64,000 nt of DNA from Thermoplasmatales archaeon (GTDB lineage Archaea; Thermoplasmatota; Thermoplasmata; Thermoplasmatales; Thermoplasmataceae). Under the pieces are notes generated by a model. It was not told the DNA's origin. It did no database searches and saw nothing but the letters and a program-made list of their open reading frames with translations. The stretch spans positions 192,001 through 256,000 of the forward strand of contig DAIDBH010000014.1 in assembly GCA_027310185.1 (NCBI GenBank), in the 5' to 3' direction. Below are positions 20,342 through 29,008 of the stretch, piece by piece; positions within the stretch are counted from its first letter, which is position 1; every line of letters begins with the position of its first letter. The position numbers and the translations under genes were made by a program.

Positions 20342-21230
20342 CTCGTTCTATTCTTGCGTCCAGATATTCGCTGAAAACCCTTGCAGAATTCAGGTACGCT
20401 GATTGTATGTCTTCAAAGTTTTCCTCAGTTGCATATTTTTCAATAATATCCAGTGCCACATAGGAATGGGATACATCCGCCTCATACCCCTCTTTCAGGA
20501 AGTCCTTTACCTCCTGCTTCACTGACATCTCTTTCAATATCTCTGGATTGAAATATGGATATCTTGCTCCATACCTGTTCAGATCCCTGTTTGCAACAAG
20601 TTCGAGTGAATGCACTGCAGCCATGATTTCGATCCACGATCTTTTCTCGGCAATATTTTCCCATGTTCTAACAGCCATTGCAGTTGCTTTCAGTGGTGTT
20701 GAATTCAGGATTTCTTCCCTCCTTAGACCAAGGGAAATCCCCATCCTGATTAGTAGTTCATGGTGAGATGGTTCCTTTTTCCCGAACCCCTGCATCTCTG
20801 TCATAATATTCTCCATCTCATAATCGTGTATGTCGTCAAAGTCACTTTTTGCGATTACATATGCACATGATTTTATCCACTGCTTTAAAAAGTGATGATG
20901 CTCCACGGCATAACCCTTCAGCAGATCTTCATCATACCTCTGCATAGCCATAATAAATGGATGTGGGTTTTCTCCCCTGAAGTTTAACACAAAATTATCT
21001 ATAATCCATCTTTTAATTCCCTTATCTTTCAGGGAATAAAATTCTGAAATCCTCTTTTCAAGTTCTTCCATGCTCAACTTATCCTTTGAAATATTTCTGT
21101 TCAGCCAGGACACATGTTCATAATTACTTTCTGAAGCCTCAGAAAGCAGATGTTCAGAAAGTCCATTAAAATTACCTTTATCAAAAGAACTGTAACAAAC
21201 AGGACAATTTACCATGACTATCCTAACCAA
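20316..21230 (-). CDS. N-terminal Zn-finger-like domain fused to heme-oxygenase-like PqqC/CADD/TenA domain
   Basis: CPVC..H..H N-terminus; HPF, ENIMTE..SHHELL, HSLE, EADVSH. Confidence 0.75.
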   Translation of the reverse strand: MVRIVMVNCPVCYSSFDKGNFNGLSEHLLSEASESNYEHVSWLNRNISKDKLSMEELEKRISEFYSLKDKGIKRWIIDNFVLNFRGENPHPFIMAMQRYDEDLLKGYAVEHHHFLKQWIKSCAYVIAKSDFDDIHDYEMENIMTEMQGFGKKEPSHHELLIRMGISLGLRREEILNSTPLKATAMAVRTWENIAEKRSWIEIMAAVHSLELVANRDLNRYGARYPYFNPEILKEMSVKQEVKDFLKEGYEADVSHSYVALDIIEKYATEENFEDIQSAYLNSARVFSEYLDARIERGEMYKNKQ

Positions 21231-21423
21231 ATTTATTATAAATTAGTTTTGCTCGTGTTAAATACTTATTATAAATGACTAACATTGATGAATTCAATGA
21301 CAGAATAGTCATTTTGTCTTTATAACGCTCACATAAACACTGCGAATTATAAGGTCAAAGAATTGAACTTATATTCCTTGAAAACCCTTAAATAGACTGC
21401 TAAAATGGATCAATGATGATGTT

Positions 21424-22422
21424 ATGAAAATAAGGAATCTTGGAAAGACTGGGTTAAAGGTTACTGAACTGTGCATGGGAACCATGACGTTTGGAAATCA
21501 GAGCGACAAAAAGACATCGTTTCAGATACTTGATAAAGCATACAATGCTGGAATAAATTTTATTGATACGGCAGATGCTTATCCTCTTGGAAAGGATTTC
21601 AAATACGCGGGTGCCACCGAATCAATTATTGGCGAGTGGATAAAGGGTAAAAGAGATGATATAGTTCTTGCCTCTAAATGTTTCATGCCAACCGGTCCCG
21701 GTCCTAATGACAGGGGTATGAGCAGAAAGCATATAATGAGCGCCATAGACAGAACTCTTGAAAGACTGGGAACAGATTATCTTGATCTTTACCAGATTCA
21801 TAACTTCGATCCTTCTACCCCCATTGAAGAAATGATGAGTGCCTTTGATGATCTTGTCCATCAGGGAAAGATCAGGTATGTGGGTGTTTCCAACTGGAGG
21901 TCCTGGCAGGTTGCAAAGGCAAACGGCATAGCAGATAAGAACAATTTCGCCAGAGTGGTAAGCGTTCAACCAAGATACAACCTGTTGTTCAGGATGATTG
22001 AGGATGATATAGTTCCAATGACCCTTGATGAAGGCGCAGGTATAATGAGTTTCAACCCTCTGGCGGGTGGAATGCTCACAGGACGTTACAGAAAGGATTC
22101 AACACCTGAAAGTGGCACACGGTTTGCCCTTGAAAACAATGCAGGAGATCTTTATCAGGAGCGTTACTGGCAAAGTGCAACTTTTGATGTGGTTGAGGAT
22201 TACCTTGCCTGGTGCAGGGGGCAGGATCTTGATCCTGTCAGCACTGCAGTCCACTGGGTAACCCAGCAACCTGGCATAACTTCGGCAATTATTGGAGCCA
22301 GCAGGGTTGAACAGATTGATGGCAGCCTGAAGGCAGCAGATGTTGAAGACCTGACTCAGGAACAATTAAAATGGCTTGATCAGCTGTGGTACAGATTGCC
22401 AAGAAGGAAGGAAGTCAGATAG
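21424..22422 (+). CDS. Aldo/keto reductase
   Basis: GINFIDTADAY, SK, DYLDLYQIH, GKIRYVGVSN, PLAGGMLTG. Confidence 0.95.
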   Translation: MKIRNLGKTGLKVTELCMGTMTFGNQSDKKTSFQILDKAYNAGINFIDTADAYPLGKDFKYAGATESIIGEWIKGKRDDIVLASKCFMPTGPGPNDRGMSRKHIMSAIDRTLERLGTDYLDLYQIHNFDPSTPIEEMMSAFDDLVHQGKIRYVGVSNWRSWQVAKANGIADKNNFARVVSVQPRYNLLFRMIEDDIVPMTLDEGAGIMSFNPLAGGMLTGRYRKDSTPESGTRFALENNAGDLYQERYWQSATFDVVEDYLAWCRGQDLDPVSTAVHWVTQQPGITSAIIGASRVEQIDGSLKAADVEDLTQEQLKWLDQLWYRLPRRKEVR

Positions 22423-22546
22423 GCAAGATACCGGGTAACAATTTTCCCTAATTTACCAGTTAACCTGAAATATATAAATAGAGTTGCTTTCACATGAGGT
22501 CTATATGATGGTATTTACTGGATTTTAATTTGTGCTGCCTGATATT

Positions 22547-23323
22547 TTATTGAACAAGAGCGACTTCTTTTTCTCTTACCAGCATTCTTCTCTGCATATA
22601 GATTACTGCGAATGATACGACTGAAAAAATATCAAGATAGATGAAGTAGATGTTATCCGAAGGAGATAATAGAGAATTGAGAATCCTGAAACTCCCGTAT
22701 CCAATGTAAATGAGAAAAATGAACCGGATAAGATACCCTGTTGTTATAGAAATGGTAAAGTTTGAAAATTTCATCTTCAATATCCCTGCTCCAAGAGCAA
22801 AAAGAACCTTGCCATAGGGTATGAATGTTGAGATAAAAATAGAGAACGTTCCATGTGTTGCGATCCAGTCATCTGCCTTATTGATGTCTTTTTCCCTTAT
22901 CTTGATCTTTGATAGTGCTTTAAGTAAAAGTTCTCTTCCAGCGAATCTCCCACTGAGATATTCAATCAACGAAACGAAAAGCATGGCCAGTACTGAAACA
23001 AAGAGTGTGGCATAAACGTTAAACAGGCCGACAAAAGCGAGATACCCGTAGAACGGCACCAGTATATCGTCAGGCAATGGGCCAAAAGCTATTATAATAA
23101 ACATCCCGAAATAACCAAGCCTGTAGATGGGTTCAAAGGCGCCGAAACTTACATTCTTTAGATTTATATCAGTGCTGATATAATGGAAATATCCATTTGC
23201 TATATCCAGAGAGCTGAGGATGATGAACACAATCAGTAATGTTTCAGCATAAAGGTAATACCTGTTCAGATTTGATCTCAGGAACCTGTACAAATCAAGA
23301 AATGTTTCACTGGTCGTATTCAT
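22547..23323 (-). CDS. DedA-family membrane protein
   Basis: PLPDDILVPFYGYL, Y..GRFAG, SIFISTFIP. Confidence 0.85.
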   Translation of the reverse strand: MNTTSETFLDLYRFLRSNLNRYYLYAETLLIVFIILSSLDIANGYFHYISTDINLKNVSFGAFEPIYRLGYFGMFIIIAFGPLPDDILVPFYGYLAFVGLFNVYATLFVSVLAMLFVSLIEYLSGRFAGRELLLKALSKIKIREKDINKADDWIATHGTFSIFISTFIPYGKVLFALGAGILKMKFSNFTISITTGYLIRFIFLIYIGYGSFRILNSLLSPSDNIYFIYLDIFSVVSFAVIYMQRRMLVREKEVALVQ

Positions 23324-23415
23324 CCACTATAACTGATTATATCACCTGTGTATTTAAGGAATATAGCTGACTCATGACTCTAATATGATTCCGTTATACT
23401 ATTTTCTAAGTGATT

Positions 23416-24153
23416 TCAGCTGGTAGGTGCCTGTTCTGGACTGTAGTGGATTCTTCCCTTCTCCTTATACATGAACTTATATGAAAGAGCTCCTAAAGTT
23501 CCACCTATTACTGGAGCTACCCAGTATATCCACTGATAATACTGTCCTTTTAGTAATATCCCCGACAGTACTGCAGGTCCAAAGGATCTGGCCGGATTGA
23601 TAGAACCCCCACTTATGGTTGCTAGCATGAATATCATAATTGAAACATATATTCCAATTACAATTGCTATAATTGCAGTATTACTTGTTCTGGAAGTTAC
23701 TCCCATAATGGTCCAGAGGAAGAAGAAAGTCATTATCAGTTCACCTGCAAAGGCGACCCATGGTCCCCTGATCCCTGGAATGGTTGCACCGAACTGAACA
23801 CTATTTGCGACGTTATAGCCAAATAAAAGCCCGACTGTTGCTGAGGCCAGTACCGCTCCTATTAACTGCGCAATTATATACTGAAACACATATTTTCCTG
23901 GAAAACGCCCGGCAAAGAACATTGCTATGGTAACGGCAGGATTGACATGTCCTCCAGAAATGTTTGCAACTGCCATGATGCCGATGGAAATCCCCAGTCC
24001 GAAGGTGATGGCAAGATAGAAAAGCGTTGATGGATTGAGAGTTTGATTGAAAGCAGCGATGAAAGCGACGACGCTCCCTGGCCCAAAAAGGACGAAAATA
24101 TAAGTTCCAACGAGTTCAGCCAACGATTTCCTGATGATATCTGCCATATTCAA
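23416..24153 (-). CDS. Aquaporin (MIP family)
   Basis: AELVGT, SGGHVNPAVT, GGSINPARSFGP, WIYWVAP. Confidence 0.95.
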   Translation of the reverse strand: MNMADIIRKSLAELVGTYIFVLFGPGSVVAFIAAFNQTLNPSTLFYLAITFGLGISIGIMAVANISGGHVNPAVTIAMFFAGRFPGKYVFQYIIAQLIGAVLASATVGLLFGYNVANSVQFGATIPGIRGPWVAFAGELIMTFFFLWTIMGVTSRTSNTAIIAIVIGIYVSIMIFMLATISGGSINPARSFGPAVLSGILLKGQYYQWIYWVAPVIGGTLGALSYKFMYKEKGRIHYSPEQAPTS

Positions 24154-24227
24154 TAACTAATAAATAAGCATTATAATAATATTTTTAATTTTATTTTTTC
24201 CGAAAATATACTATTGGGGTTTAAGTA

Positions 24228-24512
24228 TTGCGAATCCTCGTGACCTTCTCTCTTAGCTTTCGCAGGGAACTTCCCACTTCAAAGGTTACTGACAAATTCT
24301 CAATTGGCTTGAATTCCCCCGGTCTGAAGGTACTATGTATTTCATGCTAAGCCATCTGACTTTACAGATACAGGCACGTATGAAGCTATATGCAATCCGA
24401 TCTCTTTCACTTCTGTCCTCCAGCAAACACACCATAATAATACCTCAGCAAGTTGTAACTGTTTATCCCGCTTTCATCCCCTATCTTTCGAAAAGGGGAT
24501 TCCCTCTCGCAA
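24228..24512. mobile_element. Non-coding structured element, probable IS200/IS605-family remnant with no tnpA/tnpB
   Basis: More GC-rich than its AT-rich flanks; hairpin ATCCCC-tatctttcgaaaa-GGGGAT (24476-24500) in the context CGCTTTCATCCCC, recalled as typical of IS200/IS605 subterminal hairpins; further hairpins at ~24296-24316 and 24355-24370. Confidence 0.5.
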
Positions 24513-24650
24513 ATTTAAAGAACCAGCTATATAACTAGTCAGCTGCCTTGAATGAGGCTTTGCGTTCATAGAAAAATGACTGAAACCTGTGATAGCGAGA
24601 CTGAAATATAGCAAAAACCAAAGAAAACATAGTGAAACAGAGAACGTCTC

Positions 24651-25742
24651 GTGACTGAAATTTTATCACATTGCAGACAGAAATTTAGGATACACAAACA
24701 AACAATATATGTGATATGGATATTTACGCTGCCCATGGGACGAAACTTGAATTATATAAACAGCCTGGCAGAAAATACACCATCAATACATTATCATTCA
24801 TATGCTACCATCCTGCTAATCGCATGTTTAAGTTTCTTTGGGGCAGAGATCCTGACCGGTTCCACAAGTGTCGAGGGAATTTTTCAATATCCTGTATCTT
24901 TCCTGATGGGTCTCGCTTTCTATGGATTCCAGATCACAATCATTGCTGACATTTCGGCTAGATACAACCTCAAATTAGGTACTATTTACATATTAGGACT
25001 TATTTATGGAATTCTTGAAGAAGGTATATCCATATTTACGATGGAGGCTACCGGCGCACATAAATTATGGCTTACCGCATTTGGACTGAACCTCACGTGG
25101 ACCCTATATGTTATGATACTTCATGCTGTAGTCACAGTTATTACAACCCTTTTTATCCTAAGGGTTATCTGGCCTAAAAAACTGCAGAATCCAATTCTGT
25201 CCAAAAGGAACTATATGATCATGGTTCCCGTAATCATGTTAATTTATTACTTTTTGATGGTTGCTTCCATTTCTGCAGGAAGAGTGCCTGGAATTCTGCC
25301 AGTTATTCTTCTCATTTTGCTGCTTTTTGTATTGATCTTTGCAGCATGGAAAAATTCTCAAATAGAAAGAATGAGGAAAAAAGAAAGAATAGGTACCGGG
25401 GTAAAATACGGCGTTTTAATCCCATTCGCTGCTGGAATGATTCTTCCCTTCATTCTCGGAAACCGCCTTCCAGAAATTTTAATCCCGGAAACTTTGGCAC
25501 TGCTTCTTTTAACGGTCTACCTCTTTCTATATTTCAACAGGTTTGACACTATAGTGAACATTAAAAGGAAATTTCTATGGTCCTTTAGCTCAATCATTCT
25601 TATTATAATGCTAGTTGGAGGTAGTTTTAACAGAACTGTTCCCAGTGATGTATTGGCGATAATTGCATGCGTCATTATCATTCTATTTGGGTACCTGAAA
25701 GTCAGAAGAACTGAAAATAATAAAAAGTGTGTAATTTCCTGA
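24651..25742 (+). CDS. Polytopic membrane protein, unknown function
   Basis: About 10 TM helices; AEILTGST and GLIYGILEEG motifs; real start probably downstream of the ORF-track start. Confidence 0.7.
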   Translation: MTEILSHCRQKFRIHKQTIYVIWIFTLPMGRNLNYINSLAENTPSIHYHSYATILLIACLSFFGAEILTGSTSVEGIFQYPVSFLMGLAFYGFQITIIADISARYNLKLGTIYILGLIYGILEEGISIFTMEATGAHKLWLTAFGLNLTWTLYVMILHAVVTVITTLFILRVIWPKKLQNPILSKRNYMIMVPVIMLIYYFLMVASISAGRVPGILPVILLILLLFVLIFAAWKNSQIERMRKKERIGTGVKYGVLIPFAAGMILPFILGNRLPEILIPETLALLLLTVYLFLYFNRFDTIVNIKRKFLWSFSSIILIIMLVGGSFNRTVPSDVLAIIACVIIILFGYLKVRRTENNKKCVIS

Positions 25743-25871
25743 TCATAATATCAATCTTGAAAGAACTCTGTTGAAATCGCATAAAAATTCGAATGCAGAT
25801 TTGGATCATCTATGTATTGTTATCGAAAATCGCAACCTCCTTTAATATCGTCTATTTCCCCCTGAGTAGAA

Positions 25872-25944
25872 TGGGACCGTTGAGATTTGAACTCAAGTCA
25901 CTAACACCCCAAGCTAGTAGGATACCAAGCTACCCCACGGTCCC
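25872..25944 (-). tRNA. tRNA-Pro (GGG)
   Basis: Minus strand GGGACCGTGGGGTAGCTTGGTATCCTA-CTAGC-TTGGGGT-GTTAG-TGACTTGAGTTCAAATCTCAACGGTCCCA folds as a cloverleaf; CCA not encoded. Confidence 0.95.
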
Positions 25945-25958
25945 AAAAAGTATATGCC

Positions 25959-26177
25959 TTAGGAGAAAGGCATTATTTCGTCTATAAGTTCGATGTGCGA
26001 AAGAACCATTCTTCTGCAGCAATATCTTTCAAGCCCGAGCCTGTCCATAATTGCAGAAATTTCATCTGGAGTTGGTTCCCTGTTCCTGGCCCTTATCTGG
26101 TTTAACTCAGCCTCGAATCGTCTGTAGTCAGAGCCTATAACCCTGCCGCAGCTGAAACATCTTACCGGTATTATCAT
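25959..26177 (-). CDS. rpoN: RNA polymerase subunit N (Rpo10)
   Basis: MIIPVRCFSCG..RYCCRRM. Confidence 0.97.
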   Translation of the reverse strand: MIIPVRCFSCGRVIGSDYRRFEAELNQIRARNREPTPDEISAIMDRLGLERYCCRRMVLSHIELIDEIMPFS

Positions 26178-26182
26178 TCAGA

Positions 26183-26587
26183 TCACCTGTAAGATTTCTG
26201 TCTTTTGGCTCTGGCTCCTCTTCCCATGGGCTTCTTTGGCAGCTTTCTTCTGATATCGTTAACCATTATGGTCCTGTCATACTGTCTGTATATTTCCTCT
26301 ATTGTATTGTCCTTCAGGAATTTGACTATTCCCTTGGCCATTGCTGTTCTTGCAGCGTCAACCTGTCCTGTCAGCCCACCACCACTTACGGAAATATCCA
26401 CGTCAATTGCACCTGATCTTTCACCTATCAATGCTATTGGCTCCATCAATTTTTCCCTAAGCAAGGCGACAGGATAAAGTTCAACCGGATAATCGTTTAT
26501 CCTGAATTTCCCTGTTCCACTCTTTGTATATGCCCTTGCCGTAGCTGTTTTTCTCTTTCCTGTCGTGATAACTATTTCTTCACTCAA
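26183..26587 (-). CDS. rps9: 30S ribosomal protein S9
   Basis: GKRKTATARA, GGGLTGQ, C-terminal RQKSYR. Confidence 0.97.
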   Translation of the reverse strand: MSEEIVITTGKRKTATARAYTKSGTGKFRINDYPVELYPVALLREKLMEPIALIGERSGAIDVDISVSGGGLTGQVDAARTAMAKGIVKFLKDNTIEEIYRQYDRTIMVNDIRRKLPKKPMGRGARAKRQKSYR

Positions 26588-27005
26588 TTACTTTTACCTC
26601 CTTTCCCATTATTTTTGCTACTTCTGTAAGGGTTACAAAACCACTTACCCTGTTATTCTGAGCCTTTTCAAATTTCTCGAATTGCTTATCCTTCAGTTCT
26701 GGTGGTACCCCATCGTAAACAATGCATCTCTTCAGTGCTTCCCTTCCCCTGGCCTTGTCTTTTGGAAGCATATCTCCAATGGATCTCTTGAGAATAGCCT
26801 TTGGATTTCTTGGATAATAGGGCCCCTTCCTGACGCTCCCTATATCTCTTCTGCTCCTGAACTTCCCTAGTACTGCATCCCTGCCGCCTGTTACCGCTAC
26901 CTTTGCAGCGTTCACTATTGTAACTGATTCTCCTTCAAGCAACTTTTTTGCCAGTATAGTTGAAAGCCTGCCATAAACTGCGTTATCCGCATCTACATAT
27001 ATCAT
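26580..27005 (-). CDS. rpl13: 50S ribosomal protein L13
   Basis: DADNAVYGRL, GPYYPRNP, MLP. Confidence 0.95.
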   Translation of the reverse strand: MIYVDADNAVYGRLSTILAKKLLEGESVTIVNAAKVAVTGGRDAVLGKFRSRRDIGSVRKGPYYPRNPKAILKRSIGDMLPKDKARGREALKRCIVYDGVPPELKDKQFEKFEKAQNNRVSGFVTLTEVAKIMGKEVKVIE

Positions 27006-27009
27006 TATC

Positions 27010-27378
27010 TTACCTCATTATTTTTAGATTCTTAGGTTCAGGATTTTCCTTTGCCAGATCAGCCAGGAATACGAATTCAGAGCCAGAATCCTTGATCTTC
27101 TTCATTGCCTTCTCACTGACATCAAGTGCTGAAATCTTTAATTTCCTTTCCATATATCCGCTTCCAAGCACCTTGCCTGGCACAACAACTATATCTCCAT
27201 CCTTGCACATTTTTGATATCTTTCCAACATTTAGATCTGCATAATTTTGCCTTGTCTCGGAGAGCCTCTTTGCAATGTCCCTCCATAGGGGTGACTGGTT
27301 TTCCCTTGACAGTTGGAGAAGGGTTTCAACCGTTTCCATAATTTTAGGGCTTGTTTTTCTTTCTGCTTGTATACTCAT
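27010..27378 (-). CDS. rpl18e: 50S ribosomal protein L18e
   Basis: LWRDIAKRL, VVVPGKVLGSG; operon position. Confidence 0.95.
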   Translation of the reverse strand: MSIQAERKTSPKIMETVETLLQLSRENQSPLWRDIAKRLSETRQNYADLNVGKISKMCKDGDIVVVPGKVLGSGYMERKLKISALDVSEKAMKKIKDSGSEFVFLADLAKENPEPKNLKIMR

Positions 27379-27427
27379 TTTGACCATCGGAATATAAACC
27401 TGAATGCCCAAGAATTAATAAAGATTT

Positions 27428-28168
27428 TCACGAAGAACCATCTTTTTCATTTCTCATGTCCCTGGATGCGATTTCAATTTTCCTCAGTATACCCATGATT
27501 CTATAAAATTCACTTCTTGCCATGTCGGATCTTGAAATAAGCCTCCTGAACATTACCATTGTGTTTGGAATCTTATGTGCAGGAAAATTGACCTTGCCCA
27601 TTATATTATTTATATTATTCAGCAGAATCTCAATCTCCTCACTTGATGCCCTATCTTTTTCTGGATAGGCAACTTCATCGTTTGACATTGACTCATACAA
27701 GATCAGTGTGACGGCGTGGGATATATTATAAACGGGATATTCTGGATTTCCAGGGATAGTCAGGAAAAAGTCACATAACTCCAGTTCAGAATTTTTCAGT
27801 CCATCCCCTTCCCTTCCGATCACAAGAGCCGTCTTCTTCTCATTCCTGTAATGATCCGACCAGAATACTGAGGGCTTAATTGGTATTCTCCTGTAATCCC
27901 TCATGTTCTCGGATGAAACTGCGGATGTTCCTACCAGAACGTCAAAACGATTCCTTACTTCCCTTAGATCTGGGTAATATTCTGCCTTAGCAAGAAGGTC
28001 AGATGGTTCTTTAGCCCGTGCAAAGGCGTCATCGTCAAAAAATGATGTGCCAACAACTATCAGATCATTGAAAAATGTATTTTTCATTGATCTGGCAACT
28101 GCGCCAATATTGCCCTGAACCTCTGGTTCCACCAGTACGATGGAAACCTGATCCCTGTCCAGTTTCAT
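27428..28168 (-). CDS. trmJ: SPOUT tRNA methyltransferase, TrmJ/LasT family
   Basis: LVEPE..GNIGAVARSMKN, GREGDGLKNSEL, YPVYNISHAV. Confidence 0.88.
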   Translation of the reverse strand: MKLDRDQVSIVLVEPEVQGNIGAVARSMKNTFFNDLIVVGTSFFDDDAFARAKEPSDLLAKAEYYPDLREVRNRFDVLVGTSAVSSENMRDYRRIPIKPSVFWSDHYRNEKKTALVIGREGDGLKNSELELCDFFLTIPGNPEYPVYNISHAVTLILYESMSNDEVAYPEKDRASSEEIEILLNNINNIMGKVNFPAHKIPNTMVMFRRLISRSDMARSEFYRIMGILRKIEIASRDMRNEKDGSS

Positions 28169-28929
28169 TGTGCACTGACGCTTTTCTCGTTTTCCTTGTC
28201 TGTTGTTTCTTCTGCAACGGGTTTATCCTGTGCACTGTCTTCCTTTACTTCTTCTTTCACTGGTTCATACTTCTCTGTTATGTAAAGAACAAGGTCCTTC
28301 AGATATTTTCTTGTTGCTTCAACTACCCTGTATTTTGCATCGAACCACTCTATGTTGAATTTCATGTCTTCCGGGACAACTATCTCCAGATCATTTCCCC
28401 TTTCTTCAATCACAAAGTTATCCGATCCTCTTGAGAAGTTAAGGTCGATTATCCCCTTGAGCTTATCCTTCTTTCCATCCAGCTGCTCAACTAGGGAATA
28501 TTTATAGAAAACGTCCTTTCCAGCCCATGGGTGATTATAGTCGACAACCACTCTACCTGGACTGACAGAGAGTATCCTTCCCCTCTTGTTGTTTATTCTC
28601 ACTTCTGCTCCGGGAACAGGATCTATGTTATTTCTCTTGAACTCAGACATGGTATGCACTTTTAGATTCTTTGAATCCCTCATACCATAGGCATTTTCTG
28701 CCTTGATCTCCACTTCATGCTCTTCTCCAATCTTTGAACCCAGCAGGCTGTCATTTATCTCTTTGAACAGATCCTCTGATCCAACTACAAGAACTCCCTC
28801 TCCATACTTCTGATCCGGATCATATATATTGTTCTCTTTTGCTAGTGCTTCATCGCTCGTTGCAACAAGTTGTTTATCTGACCCGACTCTCATTTCGAAT
28901 TTAATTTTTACAAAGTCTCCATTTTCCAT
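28165..28929 (-). CDS. Long FKBP-type peptidyl-prolyl isomerase (SlyD-like)
   Basis: GDFVKI, AYG.RD, VDYNHPWAGK. Confidence 0.9.
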   Translation of the reverse strand: MENGDFVKIKFEMRVGSDKQLVATSDEALAKENNIYDPDQKYGEGVLVVGSEDLFKEINDSLLGSKIGEEHEVEIKAENAYGMRDSKNLKVHTMSEFKRNNIDPVPGAEVRINNKRGRILSVSPGRVVVDYNHPWAGKDVFYKYSLVEQLDGKKDKLKGIIDLNFSRGSDNFVIEERGNDLEIVVPEDMKFNIEWFDAKYRVVEATRKYLKDLVLYITEKYEPVKEEVKEDSAQDKPVAEETTDKENEKSVSAQ

Positions 28930-29008
28930 GGTATCACCGGAATAAGTTATACGTAATTTCAGATATTATTTAAAGGTATTCTGTAAAAATTAAGCTTTTG
29001 AAATGCTT

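Noticed and set aside
24335-24538. 67-aa ORF inside the structured element
   Set aside because: No protein-like motifs; better explained as non-coding structured DNA/RNA
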